A DNA stretch of 64,000 nt from Candidatus Latescibacterota bacterium (GCA_965243025.1 CBDETY010000003.1:6688001-6752000); one strand, 5' to 3'. Positions 8,209 through 19,099 are shown, counted from the stretch's first letter. A program made the numbers and translations. Notes: generated by a model from the sequence alone, not told the origin.

Positions 8209-10308
8209 ATGCCGCGGGCGTTGCTGAAAGGAGTTCTCGCTGCGGCCCTGGTTCTGCCGGGGGGGGAATCCGCGGCGGAAGTCCAGGTCTGGCAATTCGG
8301 GGGAGGAAACGGCAGGCCCTGGGGTGAAATCACCGATCTCAACGTCCTCGTGGACCTCTCCGACCCGGGGGTGCTTCAGCCTCGCGAGCTCGACCCCGGC
8401 GAGAACCTGCTGCCGCATCTGCACCCCTGGCACGACGCCAGAAATCCGGAGGACATCCACTATCAGAACGGCGAGCCCCGCATCTGGCGCGGCGGCGAAC
8501 ACGATCGCTCCAAACTGCTCAAGATGCTGCCCCTGCTGTTCATCGACGGCGATTTCGAGACCGCCTCGGTGAAGCAGGATTTCGGGCCCGGCGGGAACAA
8601 GATGCACGACGAGTACTACACGATCGACGTCGGCGCACCCGTACCGGCCGAGCGTTTCGCCGTGTTTCCCCCGGAGGGAATCGACCACGTCACCGGCGAG
8701 CCGTACGGGAACTTCACCCCGCGGCAGTTCGAGTTGTCCGCGGGCAACGACGCCGAGGCCATCGCCCTGGAAGAGGCCACCGGGGCACCGGTTCCCGGCG
8801 GTTCGAACCTCTACACGACCTGGTGCGAGGATGCGGTCTCGGTCCGTCTCGAGTGCGACTACAAACCGCTCGAAGTGCTCCTGCACACCACCACGCAGAA
8901 TTTCGAAGACCTCATCGACGTCACCTTTCCCGTTCAGTACCTGCGCTTCTTCCGCATACGGCCGTTCCACGACGAGTACTGGAGAGGGCACACCGCCTAC
9001 GGGGTCGACTACCGGCTCGCGTACGCCGAGTTCGCGGTCTACGGACGCGGCTTCGTTCCCGAGGCCAGGTGGGAGTCGCAGGTGGTCGATCTCGGGGCGG
9101 AGTACAACTTCGGCCGCCTTGATTTCGGGACCAGCTCCCTGCGCAAGGGGGAGGACGGAGTTGTCGAGGAGATCGATGCCCGGACCGACGTCGAGATAGA
9201 GCTGAGAACCGGGGACGACGAAACCCCGGTGGCCTTCTTCGGCTTCAACAGCCGCGGGGCGCACGTCGAGGTCCCGGCGGAGGAGTACGAGGACCTCAGG
9301 TTCAACATCCGCCAGCCGCTGGCCAACGAACAGCATATCGGCTGGCGCGGCCCGGTCGGACACGACAACGCCAACTGGGGCTTCTGGTCGGCCCCGGTAC
9401 GGGAGTCGGGAGCAAGGCCGCGGGTCGGCAAGGCGCGCTACTTCCAGGTCCGGGTGAAGCTGCGGACCGATGAGCTGTGGGAGTTTGACCGCCTCGATTC
9501 CCTCGGGGTGGAAATCTCCCCGCTCCTGGCCCGCGAGGTCCTCGGCGAGGTCGCGGTGCTCGAGGACCTGCGCCCGGAGGGCAACCTCGCCAGGGTGCGG
9601 GCGGGGGAGATCGCGGAGTTCGCGTACGACATTGGCGCCGTGTTTCTCGGAGAGGAAGCCGGTTTCGACGCGGTGCGCCTGATGACCCCGGCGTCGGCGG
9701 AGTTTCTCGGCCTGGAGATGGGCGAGCCACCCGTGGAGGTGACTCCCGACGCCGTCTTCGAGGAGACCTCGGGTTTCACCGTGCACCTGCCGCGCCGGGT
9801 CGAAGCGGGGGATCCGCGGCTTCGCATCCGGCTGGCGAGCGCCCTGTACGGCGCTTCGGCAACCTTTGCCGGCGAGGTGTTCGAGCGCGCCGGAGAGGGG
9901 TTGCCCCAGGCGATCGAGCCTGGTGACGTCAGTGACGAGATGGGAACGAACCGGCTGCAGGTGGTGGCGATTGCGTCATCCCTGGGGAACGTCCTCGGGC
10001 GGGTCGAGATCGAGCCGCCGGTTTTCACGCCGCAGGGGGACGGGGTCAACGACCGGGTGCGCATTCTCTACTCGATGCTGCGCCTGCACGAGGGAGCCGG
10101 CGTCGAGGTCGGGGTGTACTCGCTGGGCGGCGAGCGGGTGCGAAGACTGGATTCCAGGACTCGGGGGGCGGGACTTCACGCCGCCGAGTGGGACGGACGC
10201 GACGCCCGCGGTGAGCCGGTGCCTCCGGGGCTCTACCTGGCACGGGTCGAGGTCGAGACAAGCCAGGGGAGTTTCGAGCGCCTGCTGAGGATCGCCGTGG
10301 CCTACTGA
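8209..10308 (+). CDS. Secreted protein with C-terminal FlgD-Ig-like domain, paralog 1
   Basis: Signal peptide ending ESAA. Motifs QPRELDP, EYYTIDVG, YGRGFVPEA, FTPQGDGVND, WDGRD..G..VPPGLY and terminal IAVAY*. Confidence 0.85.
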   Translation: MPRALLKGVLAAALVLPGGESAAEVQVWQFGGGNGRPWGEITDLNVLVDLSDPGVLQPRELDPGENLLPHLHPWHDARNPEDIHYQNGEPRIWRGGEHDRSKLLKMLPLLFIDGDFETASVKQDFGPGGNKMHDEYYTIDVGAPVPAERFAVFPPEGIDHVTGEPYGNFTPRQFELSAGNDAEAIALEEATGAPVPGGSNLYTTWCEDAVSVRLECDYKPLEVLLHTTTQNFEDLIDVTFPVQYLRFFRIRPFHDEYWRGHTAYGVDYRLAYAEFAVYGRGFVPEARWESQVVDLGAEYNFGRLDFGTSSLRKGEDGVVEEIDARTDVEIELRTGDDETPVAFFGFNSRGAHVEVPAEEYEDLRFNIRQPLANEQHIGWRGPVGHDNANWGFWSAPVRESGARPRVGKARYFQVRVKLRTDELWEFDRLDSLGVEISPLLAREVLGEVAVLEDLRPEGNLARVRAGEIAEFAYDIGAVFLGEEAGFDAVRLMTPASAEFLGLEMGEPPVEVTPDAVFEETSGFTVHLPRRVEAGDPRLRIRLASALYGASATFAGEVFERAGEGLPQAIEPGDVSDEMGTNRLQVVAIASSLGNVLGRVEIEPPVFTPQGDGVNDRVRILYSMLRLHEGAGVEVGVYSLGGERVRRLDSRTRGAGLHAAEWDGRDARGEPVPPGLYLARVEVETSQGSFERLLRIAVAY

Positions 10309-10334
10309 CGGCTCGGCGGCATGGTGGCCCGGTG

Positions 10335-12377
10335 ATGAACCGTCTGCTCACAGCGATAACGGTCGGCTGCGCCGCCGGCCTCGGGCAGGTTGCCGCCGAG
10401 GTGGAGGTCTGGCAGCTGGGCGGCGAGGGCGGCCGCCCCTGGAGCGGGTTCACCAACGAGAACGTCCTCGCCGACGACTTCACGAACCCCGCGGTTCTGC
10501 AGCCCCGCGAGCTCCTCCCGGACGTCAACATCCTGCCGCAGCTGGGACCGTGGCACACCGTCAAGCACCCCCCCGATTTCCGCTATCGCGACGGCCAGCC
10601 GCGCATCTGGAGGGGGATCAACTACGTCTTCAAGAGGCTGTTCTTCCCCGGCAAGTACGTCGACGGCGATCCCAACACCGCAGACGTGAGCAACGACCTC
10701 GCTCCCTGGAGGATCGACTGGGAGTTCTACACCATCGACGTCGGCGGGCGCATACCCGCCGAGCGTTTCCGCTTCTATCCCCCCGAGGGCATCGACCACG
10801 TCAGCGACGTGCCGTACCGCCCGAATTTCAATCCGGTCGGGTTCCAGCTGTCGGCGACCAACGACCCGGAGACGCTTTTCCTGGAGACCACCGCAACCAA
10901 CGAGGGGAAACCGGGCGACTACATGCCGCTCGACGCGGTGCTGTTCACGACGAGACAGCACTACGAGCCCACGGGCGTCATCGACATCGACTTTCCGCTG
11001 CAGTTCTTCCGTTTCTTTCGCATTCGCGCCTTTCCCGACGATCCCGAGATCTGCCCCCCGAGCCACGGCGGCAGGTGCATCCGCAGACTGGCCTGGGCGG
11101 AGATGGAGATCTACGGCCGCGGCTTCGTCCCCGAGGCGATGTGGGAATCGCAGGTGGTCGACCTCGGAGGGGATTTCAATTTCGGCCGGGTGATTTACGG
11201 GGTCGGGAAGTGGCGCCGGGACAGGCAGGGAGAGCTGGTCCCCGCCCCGGAAAGCACCGCCAAAGTCGAGGTCGAGCTGCGCACCGGCGGCGACGTCAAC
11301 CCGATAGCCTACTTCGGATTCAACAGCCGCGGGGGACACGTCCAGGTGACCCCGGAGGAGTACGAAGCCCTTAGAGTCGTGCGGCCGGAGCGCGACCCCG
11401 AGCTGATCGGCTGGCGTGGCCCGGTCACCCACGACAGCGAAAACTGGAGCTTCTGGTCCTCCCCGCTGCGGGAGTCCGGGGTGAGGCCGCGGACCGGGAA
11501 GGGCCGTTACTTCCAGCTCAGGGTGCGGCTGCAATCGGACGAGGTCTGGGAGTTCCTGCGGCTGGATTCACTGGCCGTGGAGATCTCGCCCCTGCTCGCC
11601 GACGAGGTGGTCGGTGAGATCGCCGCCCTGGACAACCTGCGTCCGGAGGGAAACCTTACCAGGGTGCAGGCCGGAGTCGCGACCGAGTTTCTCTACGACA
11701 TCGGCGCCGAGTTCTCCGGGGGCAAACCCGGTTTCGACGCCGTGCGGCTCATCACTCCTTCCGAGGCGGACTTTCTCGGCCTGGAGATGGGAGACCCGCT
11801 GGCCGAGGTGGAGCCCGAGGAGGTGATCGCCGAGCCGGGCGGCTTCACCGTGTACCTGCCGCGCAGGGTCAGCGATTCCGGACAGCCCCTCCGCATCCGG
11901 CTGGAGAGCGCGCTGTACGGCGCCTCCGGCACCTTTGCAGGGGAGGTTTTCGACCGCCGGAGCGGGGACCTGCCGCAGACAATCCAGTCAGGCGACGTCA
12001 GCGAGGAGATCGGAACGGACCGGCTGCAGGTAGTGGCGGTTTCCGGTTCGTTCGGCGGGGTCCTGGGACCGGTGGCGGTCGAGCCTCAGACCTTCACCCC
12101 GCAGGGGGACGGAATCAACGACAGGGTGCGGATAGGCTACACCATGCTGCGCGTCCAGGGGGAGGTCGAGGTCGAGGTCGACATTTTCGCCCTGGGAGGT
12201 GAACGTGTCTGGCGCCGGGACTCCCTGACCCAGAGGGCGGGCCGTCACGCCATCGAGTGGGACGGCCGCGACGGGCGGGATGAGCTGGTGGCCCCGGGGC
12301 TCTACCTCACCCGGATCAGGGTTTCGACCAGTGAAGGGGATTTCGAGCGCCAGCGACTGGTCGCCGTCGCCTATTGA
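10335..12377 (+). CDS. Secreted protein with C-terminal FlgD-Ig-like domain, paralog 2
   Basis: Signal peptide ending VAA. Colinear with paralog 1. FTPQGDGIND, WDGRDG and terminal VAVAY*. Confidence 0.85.
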   Translation: MNRLLTAITVGCAAGLGQVAAEVEVWQLGGEGGRPWSGFTNENVLADDFTNPAVLQPRELLPDVNILPQLGPWHTVKHPPDFRYRDGQPRIWRGINYVFKRLFFPGKYVDGDPNTADVSNDLAPWRIDWEFYTIDVGGRIPAERFRFYPPEGIDHVSDVPYRPNFNPVGFQLSATNDPETLFLETTATNEGKPGDYMPLDAVLFTTRQHYEPTGVIDIDFPLQFFRFFRIRAFPDDPEICPPSHGGRCIRRLAWAEMEIYGRGFVPEAMWESQVVDLGGDFNFGRVIYGVGKWRRDRQGELVPAPESTAKVEVELRTGGDVNPIAYFGFNSRGGHVQVTPEEYEALRVVRPERDPELIGWRGPVTHDSENWSFWSSPLRESGVRPRTGKGRYFQLRVRLQSDEVWEFLRLDSLAVEISPLLADEVVGEIAALDNLRPEGNLTRVQAGVATEFLYDIGAEFSGGKPGFDAVRLITPSEADFLGLEMGDPLAEVEPEEVIAEPGGFTVYLPRRVSDSGQPLRIRLESALYGASGTFAGEVFDRRSGDLPQTIQSGDVSEEIGTDRLQVVAVSGSFGGVLGPVAVEPQTFTPQGDGINDRVRIGYTMLRVQGEVEVEVDIFALGGERVWRRDSLTQRAGRHAIEWDGRDGRDELVAPGLYLTRIRVSTSEGDFERQRLVAVAY

Positions 12378-12406
12378 AGGCCGCCATCGCGCAAGGAGTC
12401 GACACC

Positions 12407-14458
12407 ATGAGAAAGATGCGGATGCCAATTGTCCTGTCCGGCGCGTTCGCCGCCCTCCTGCAGGCCGGGGATACCCACGCCAAGGTACAGGCCTGGCAGT
12501 TCGGCGGGGCAGGCGGCGAGGTCTGGAGCGAGTTCGCCGACTCGATCGGAATCGTCCTTGCGGACGACTTCACGAATCCGTCGGCCCTGCAGCCGCGGGA
12601 GCTCGACCCGGAAGTCAACATCGTGCCGCAACTGAGACCCTGGCACGGCTACAAATACCCGCAGGGACACCTGTACCGGGACGGCCAGCCGCGCATATGG
12701 CGGGGGGTCAACAACACCTGGAGGTGGCTGTTCTTTCCCCTGACTTTCGTCGATGGCGATCCCGGTACTGCCAATGTCTTCAATCCCCTGATCAGGACCA
12801 ATCAGGAGTACTACACCCTCGATCTCGGGGGGCGCGTACCCGCCGAGCGCTTCCGCTTCTATCCCCCCGACGGTATCGACCACATAACCGACGTGCCGTA
12901 CCGGCCGAATTACGTCCCCGTCGGCTTCGAGCTGTCGGCGACCAGCGATGCGGAATGGATCGCCGAGGAGGGCATCGCCGAGACCGGTTACAACCGCCTG
13001 GAACACCTGCTGTTCACCACCAGGCAGCACTACGAGCCCTCCGGCGTCGTCGACATCGAGTTCCCGCTGCAGTACCAGAGGTTCTTCCGCATCAGGGCGT
13101 TTCCGGAATCGGTCGATATCTGCATCCACAGCGGCATCCACGAGCACTGGAGAGGGGAGTGCATCCGCCGGCTCGCCTGGGCGGAGATGGAGGTCTACGG
13201 CCGCGGGTTCGTTCCGGAAGCCATCTGGGAATCCCGGGTGGTCGATCTCGAGGGGGAGTTCAGCTTCGGCCGGGTGCAGCTGTGGACGAGCAGGTGGCGG
13301 CGCAACGAGGAGGGGCTGCTCGAGCCGGCTCCGGGGAGTCCTGCCCGCGCCGAGGTGGAGCTGCGGACCGGAAACGACGAGGATCCGACCGCCTGGTTCG
13401 GGTACAACAGCCGCGGCGGGCACGTCCAGGTGACGGCGGAGGAGTTCGAGGGGCTGCGGGTCAACCGGCCGGAGATCGATCCCAAGGAGATCGGCTGGCG
13501 CGGACCGGTGGCCCACGACCACGAGAACTGGAGCTTCTGGTCGTCGCCGATCGCCGGTTCGGGATCGCGCCCGCGGGTCGGAACCGGCCGCTATTTCCAG
13601 ACCCGGGTCAGGCTGTACACCGACAGTGTGTGGGAGTTCGCGCGTCTCGACTCGCTGGCGATCGAGTATTCCCCGCTGCTTGCCGACCGCATAATCGCCG
13701 AGATCGCCGGCATCGACAACCTGCGACCCGACGGCAACCTCACCAAGGTCCTTGCCGGAGAGAGAACGGAGTTCGTCTACGACCTGGTCGCCGAATTTTC
13801 CGGGGAGAAACCCGGCTTCGACGCGGTGCGCCTGTTCACCCCCTCCGAGGCGGAGTTCCTCTCTCTGCAGATGGGGGATCCCCTGGCGGAGACAGCGCCG
13901 GACGAGGTGGTCGAGGAGGGAGCGGGATTCACCCTGTACCTGCCGAGAAGGGTGGCGGCGGGAGAGCCGCCGATACGAATCGAGCTGGCCACGGCGCTCT
14001 ACGGCGCCTCGGGAACGTTCGGCGGCGAGGTGTTCGAGCGCGGCGGCGAGGGGCTGCCGCAGACCATCGAGGCCGGGGACGTCAGCGACGCCGTCGGCAC
14101 CAACCGGATGCAGGTGGTCGCCTTCACCTCCTCGCTCGGGGGGGTCGTCGGAGCGGTGGAGGTCGATCCCCCGGTTTTCACGCCCCAGGGGGACGGCGTC
14201 AACGACCGCGTGCGGATCGGCTACTCGATGATGCGTGTGCAGGGTGAGGTCGAGGTCGAAGTCGGGTTGTTCTCGTTGAGCGGGGAGCGGGTCTGGCACC
14301 GGCGGTCGGGCACCGGGGCGGGGCGGCATTCGGTGTCATGGGAAGGCCTGGACGACCAGGGGCGCCCGGTGCCCCCGGGGCTGTACCTCGCCCGCGTGAA
14401 AGTCGCCACAAGCGAAGGGGACTTCGAGCGCCTGCAGCGCGTCGCCGTGGTCTATTAG
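12407..14458 (+). CDS. Secreted protein with C-terminal FlgD-Ig-like domain, paralog 3
   Basis: AAGGAG RBS with ATG at 12407. Signal peptide ending THA. Colinear with paralogs 1 and 2. Terminal VAVVY*. Confidence 0.85.
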   Translation: MRKMRMPIVLSGAFAALLQAGDTHAKVQAWQFGGAGGEVWSEFADSIGIVLADDFTNPSALQPRELDPEVNIVPQLRPWHGYKYPQGHLYRDGQPRIWRGVNNTWRWLFFPLTFVDGDPGTANVFNPLIRTNQEYYTLDLGGRVPAERFRFYPPDGIDHITDVPYRPNYVPVGFELSATSDAEWIAEEGIAETGYNRLEHLLFTTRQHYEPSGVVDIEFPLQYQRFFRIRAFPESVDICIHSGIHEHWRGECIRRLAWAEMEVYGRGFVPEAIWESRVVDLEGEFSFGRVQLWTSRWRRNEEGLLEPAPGSPARAEVELRTGNDEDPTAWFGYNSRGGHVQVTAEEFEGLRVNRPEIDPKEIGWRGPVAHDHENWSFWSSPIAGSGSRPRVGTGRYFQTRVRLYTDSVWEFARLDSLAIEYSPLLADRIIAEIAGIDNLRPDGNLTKVLAGERTEFVYDLVAEFSGEKPGFDAVRLFTPSEAEFLSLQMGDPLAETAPDEVVEEGAGFTLYLPRRVAAGEPPIRIELATALYGASGTFGGEVFERGGEGLPQTIEAGDVSDAVGTNRMQVVAFTSSLGGVVGAVEVDPPVFTPQGDGVNDRVRIGYSMMRVQGEVEVEVGLFSLSGERVWHRRSGTGAGRHSVSWEGLDDQGRPVPPGLYLARVKVATSEGDFERLQRVAVVY

Positions 14459-14580
14459 GAAGGTTTCAGGCGTTTCCGGCTTTCATCGACCCGGGTCGGT
14501 CTCGACCGATGGGGACCTGCTGGCCCGGAGAGGAACGGCAGCGTCCCTCCGGGGCGACGGCGCGGAAGGACGGATCGCCG

Positions 14581-16023
14581 TCACAACGGCTCCCCGGCGG
14601 CGGGGTTTCCCTCGATCACGTGCTGGATGCGGGCGTAGCGCTGCATGATGGCGAGGACCTTCTCCTCGAGCTCCCCGAGCAGGTTGGCCGGTGTGTCCTC
14701 CTGCTGGTTGGCCGAGTAGATCGTCGACTGGAGCAGGGCCGTGACCTCGGGCCAGGTGTAGTGCATGTACACCGGCGGGATTTCGTGGCGCAGCTCGGCG
14801 AACAGCTGCAGCAGCTTCTGTCCCCCCAGGTAGTCGAAGCGGTCGTTCAGCAGGCGCGGGTCCTGGTAGGCCTCGTGCAGGGCCGGCACCATCCTCGTCT
14901 TCAGCACGTCCTGCACCGCCAGCTCGGGGTTGAGGAACAGGTACTTGGCGAACTCCCAGGCCATCTCCTTGTTCTTCGCCTGCTTGGGAATCAGGTTGGT
15001 CGTGCCCCCGAGGGTCGAGGTGCGCCGGCCTCCCTCGCGCCACACCGGCATCGGCATCGCCCTCCACTTGCCCGCCTGTTCCGGAACGTTCTGACTGAGA
15101 AACCGCAAGAACCAGTCGGTGGCGAGAAAGGTCAGTATTTCGTCCCGCTTGACCGCACCCCAGAAGGAAGCGGTGTCGCGAATCGGATAGGCGACCCGGT
15201 GCTCGTTGAACATGTCGCTGTAGAACTCCAGCACCTGGCGCCCGGCGGGGCTGTTGATGGCGAAACGGCGGGGGCCGTCATCGCCGCGGGTATAAAGGGC
15301 CCCGTCGTTCTGCAGCAGGAGCTGGATGAATTCCCAGCCTGCGGAAAGTCGCAGGGCGATCCCGTAGCGCGGGTTTTCCGGATCGACCTCGCGGGGGCGG
15401 GACACTTCCCTGGCGACCCGCACCATGTCCTCCCAGGTCTCGACCACGGCAGGCAGGTCCGGGTAGCCGAGCGACTCGAGCAGGTCCCGGCGGTAGAGGA
15501 GCACGACCGGGCACAGGTCCTGGGGCATGCCGAAGACCTTGCCGCCGTACGAATAGGGGGCGAGACGGGCGGCGACCACCCGGTCGAGCCACGGTTCGTC
15601 CCCGAGCCGGACCGCCAGCTCCGAGAGATCCTCGAAAGGGACCTCCTCGGGGTCCCCCTTGAAAAAGCGGTTGACCGAGGTGATCTCGATGTCGACCATG
15701 TCCGGCGCGCCGTACCCGCGCACGAAGGCGGCGGTCAGCCGGTTCATCAGGGAACTGAACGAGAGCAGCTTGACTTCGACCCTCCATCCCGGATGCGCCG
15801 CTTCGAAGTCGACCTTGGCCTCTTCGTAGTCCTCGTAATGAACCCGTTCGAAAGTCCAGTAGGTCAGCGTCTGTCCCCCCTCCCTTCTCGCCAGGGTGAG
15901 GGTCGCGGCGGAAACCGCCAGCAGGAGGAACATGACGACCGGCGTACGGCCGAGGGGAAGGGAATCGAGGATTTGGGAGAGGCGGCTCATTTGTCTGGAG
16001 GCGGTGGTCAGAGATCCGTGCAT
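14581..16023 (-). CDS. Carbohydrate (CUT1) ABC transporter substrate-binding protein
   Basis: GGAGG RBS before ATG 16023. N-terminal hydrophobic anchor. Motifs GAPDMV, GKVFGMPQD..PVVLLYRRDL, TWED, GKWRAMPMP and AWEFAKYL. Confidence 0.85.
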   Translation of the reverse strand: MHGSLTTASRQMSRLSQILDSLPLGRTPVVMFLLLAVSAATLTLARREGGQTLTYWTFERVHYEDYEEAKVDFEAAHPGWRVEVKLLSFSSLMNRLTAAFVRGYGAPDMVDIEITSVNRFFKGDPEEVPFEDLSELAVRLGDEPWLDRVVAARLAPYSYGGKVFGMPQDLCPVVLLYRRDLLESLGYPDLPAVVETWEDMVRVAREVSRPREVDPENPRYGIALRLSAGWEFIQLLLQNDGALYTRGDDGPRRFAINSPAGRQVLEFYSDMFNEHRVAYPIRDTASFWGAVKRDEILTFLATDWFLRFLSQNVPEQAGKWRAMPMPVWREGGRRTSTLGGTTNLIPKQAKNKEMAWEFAKYLFLNPELAVQDVLKTRMVPALHEAYQDPRLLNDRFDYLGGQKLLQLFAELRHEIPPVYMHYTWPEVTALLQSTIYSANQQEDTPANLLGELEEKVLAIMQRYARIQHVIEGNPAAGEPL

Positions 16024-16082
16024 CGGGCCTCCGCAGATCAAACTGTCGAAAACCGACCCCCGCGGCAATCCGGAAAAGACCG

Positions 16083-17117
16083 ATGGCGACGAGAACCGCG
16101 GTGACAGGAGCCGGCGTCATGGGCAGGCAGCATCTCAGGGCCCTGGCGGCGATACCGGAGGCGCACGTCGTCGCCCTGGTCGATCCCGCGGACGGGCCGC
16201 GCGAGGAAACGGCCCGGGAGTTCGGTGTGGCGGCGGCCTACGCAGATGTGCAGACCATGCTGCGCGAACAGAGCCCGGACTACGTGGTGGTTTCCTCTCC
16301 GCCTCTTTTCCACGCGGAACAGACGGTCGCGGCGTTCGGGGCCGGAGCCCACGTGCTCTGCGAGAAGCCGTTGTGCATGAGCGTCGCAGAGGCTGAAACC
16401 ATGATCGGCGCCGCCGTGCGCAGCGGCCGGTTGTTCACCGTCGGCTACCACCACCGCCAGCGCCCCCGCTACCGGGCGATGAGGCGCTTCGTGGCCGAGG
16501 GCAGGCTGGGACGGGTATACCACACCCGCGTCTGGGGCGGGCAGGTCATGAGCTACCCGTGGGGGCGCTACCATCACAGGAAGGAGTTTTCCCTCGGCGG
16601 CGTGGTCGCGGCGACCACCATCCATCTCCTCGACGCGGCCATGTGGGTCGTCGGCGCCCGGGACCCGGTGACGGTCAGCGCCAGCACCTTCCGGCGCATC
16701 GACAAGATGCGCGACCCCCCGGTCGCTTTCGAGGGCGCTCCCGCCGACGTCAGCGTCGAGGACTTCGCCCATGCGCACGTCCGTTTCGGCGACGGTTCCT
16801 CGATGTCGGTGGAGGGCAACTGGCTCGATCATCCCGGGACCCGCACCCTCGGGTTCGAGGTCCACGGCGTCCTGGGAATGATCCGGGACGACGCCGGCGC
16901 GGTCGAGCTGGAGCGCGGCGGCGAGATCGAGGAAGAGCCGCTGGAATTCCCGAAGGAGCCGGGCAACCTCTACCAGGCCGAGCACGAGGAGTTCCTCGCC
17001 GCCATGGGCGGACGCGGCGAGCCGCTGGTGCGCTTCTGGGAAGCGCTGGCCATGCAGAAGATCCTGACGGGGATCTACGAGTCCGCCGAGGCCGGAGCCG
17101 AGGTGCGTCTCGATTGA
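16083..17117 (+). CDS. Gfo/Idh/MocA family oxidoreductase
   Basis: GAGVMG, HVLCEKP, GGVVAATTIHLLD and VEDFA. Close paralog of 31951..32979. Confidence 0.92.
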   Translation: MATRTAVTGAGVMGRQHLRALAAIPEAHVVALVDPADGPREETAREFGVAAAYADVQTMLREQSPDYVVVSSPPLFHAEQTVAAFGAGAHVLCEKPLCMSVAEAETMIGAAVRSGRLFTVGYHHRQRPRYRAMRRFVAEGRLGRVYHTRVWGGQVMSYPWGRYHHRKEFSLGGVVAATTIHLLDAAMWVVGARDPVTVSASTFRRIDKMRDPPVAFEGAPADVSVEDFAHAHVRFGDGSSMSVEGNWLDHPGTRTLGFEVHGVLGMIRDDAGAVELERGGEIEEEPLEFPKEPGNLYQAEHEEFLAAMGGRGEPLVRFWEALAMQKILTGIYESAEAGAEVRLD

Positions 17118-17154
17118 GCTTCGGGGCGCGGCCCGTCTCCTGCGCGCGAAGGCG

Positions 17155-18945
17155 CTATTGCACCGGCCGCAGCCGGTGCATCACCAGGTTCCAGGCCTCC
17201 CAGCAGGGATACGGGGCGACGTAGGGATCCGCCGCCGAAGGCCACCCGGTCCAGTAAGTGTTGTTGAACACGACGACATGCACCTCCTCGAGGGTCATGA
17301 TCTCAGGCATGTCCCTGAGGAAGATGTCCAGGGCGCGGGCGGCGAGATCCATGTAGACCGGATCGTCGGGGGAAGCGACCATGCCCTCCATCGCGTCGAG
17401 GAGGGAGTCGAGCCCGGCGTCGGCGTACCCCGAGCCGGCGAGGAAGTTCGGCGACGACTGCGTGTGTACCGGGGCGTACCTGGAGTGGAAGTCCCTGAGG
17501 GTCTCGTACGGTTCCGTCAGGCTGCCGCAGTGATTGAGGAAGAACATCTCGAAGTTGCCGGACCTCAGGTCGTCGACCCAGAGGGTCGAGCCGCCCGGCT
17601 CGATGACCTGCAGGGCGTCGAAACCGGCGTCCCTGAACTGCTGGGTCATCGGCGGCGCAATGGGCGCGAGCCACTCGGGACCGCGAACCGTCAGCTTCAT
17701 GCGCTCGCCCCCGCGGGACCAGAAACCGCCGGCATCGCGGCGGTAACCGGCCGCGGTCATGTGCCTGTCGACGAGGGCCTGGTCGGGCCGGTCGCGGTCC
17801 CACTTGTCGATCACCCCCTGGAGTCTGCCCGGGAGGTAGCGCTGGATGGCCCCGTACCCCGAGAAGGGCGCGACGCGGGGGAAATTGGCGCTTTCGTACC
17901 CGAGGATCGACAGCCTAGAGCGGTCGATAGCGTAGTTCAGGGCCAGGCGGACGTCGCGGTTCGACATCGGCTCCTTCCTGGTGTTGAGAACGATGTTGTA
18001 GATGCAGCCGTCGGGGGCTCCCCACACCGGGCCCTGCGCAAACCAGGAGGAGAGCTTGTCGTTGCGGCTCCTGACCGCCTCGTAGGTCCCCGGCTGCAGG
18101 GGATTGCCGCTGTCGATCAGGTTGCGGAGATACAGCTGGGCCATGGCCTCGTCGCTGGCGGCGGGAATGATGATCAGCCGCTCGACCTGCGGCATCGGCA
18201 TGAATCCGGTTTCGGCGCCCCACCATTCGTCGCGGCGGTCGTAGATCATCTGATGCGGACTGGTGTACACGAGCTTGTAGGCGCCGGTGCCCACGGGCCA
18301 GCCGGCCTGGATGTCGAGGTTGGTGAACGTGAGGGGGTCGACGTCCCGCCAGATATGCTCCGGCATCATCACCTGGTGGTTCTCGTGCCCGAGCGCCAGG
18401 TTTTCGACGAACCAGCGCGGCCCCGGCCTGGTGAGACGGATCACCACCGTGAGGTCGTCGATGATGTCGACTCCCTTCACCCACTCCTCGTAGATGGTCG
18501 AATACCTGAGCTCGGGGGCGGCGGCCGCGAGCATCTCGATCGTGTACTTCACGTCGCGCGCCGTGAACGGCTCGCCGTCGGCCCATTCGACTCCCGGCCG
18601 CAGGCGGACGGTGACGGCGGTGTAGTCGGCGTTGTACTCGAACCCGGTCGCCTGCCAGGGAATCAGCTCCCCGGTGTTGACGTTGGTGTAGAACAGCGCC
18701 TCGTAGATCGTCTTGTTGCCGCTCTCGCGCTGGTGGCCGACCCCGGTCTGGTAGATGTTGTAGCTTTCGGCGGCGTTGGGCAGGTGGTTGTCGAGTCCCC
18801 AGGGGGTGATGAGGAGAGTGCGGTTGCGGGGCACCTCTGCGAGCCCGGCTCCGACGCTCGCCGGGCCGGTGTCGACGCCGCAGCCGGCGGCGGCCGCCAG
18901 CAGGAACGCGGCAGCGGCCCCTTTCAACGGGGGATGCGGGCGCAT
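17155..18945 (-). CDS. Family 5 (Dpp/Opp-type) ABC substrate-binding lipoprotein
   Basis: Lipobox AAAGC. Motifs LRPGVEWADGEPFTARDVKYT, PVGTGAYKL and VRLALNYAIDR. Confidence 0.9.
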   Translation of the reverse strand: MRPHPPLKGAAAAFLLAAAAGCGVDTGPASVGAGLAEVPRNRTLLITPWGLDNHLPNAAESYNIYQTGVGHQRESGNKTIYEALFYTNVNTGELIPWQATGFEYNADYTAVTVRLRPGVEWADGEPFTARDVKYTIEMLAAAAPELRYSTIYEEWVKGVDIIDDLTVVIRLTRPGPRWFVENLALGHENHQVMMPEHIWRDVDPLTFTNLDIQAGWPVGTGAYKLVYTSPHQMIYDRRDEWWGAETGFMPMPQVERLIIIPAASDEAMAQLYLRNLIDSGNPLQPGTYEAVRSRNDKLSSWFAQGPVWGAPDGCIYNIVLNTRKEPMSNRDVRLALNYAIDRSRLSILGYESANFPRVAPFSGYGAIQRYLPGRLQGVIDKWDRDRPDQALVDRHMTAAGYRRDAGGFWSRGGERMKLTVRGPEWLAPIAPPMTQQFRDAGFDALQVIEPGGSTLWVDDLRSGNFEMFFLNHCGSLTEPYETLRDFHSRYAPVHTQSSPNFLAGSGYADAGLDSLLDAMEGMVASPDDPVYMDLAARALDIFLRDMPEIMTLEEVHVVVFNNTYWTGWPSAADPYVAPYPCWEAWNLVMHRLRPVQ

Positions 18946-19099
18946 GAAGAAACGGGTCAACCGGAACTCCTTACATTGTGGCCGGCGTTGCCCGGTGCCC
19001 GGGCGCGAAATCAAGCGCCCGAATGCAGGCGGGATTTCGCGGGCAGGCACTGGCAACAGGTAGCGGGAGCTAACGATACACAATAATCGGGAACGGGGA

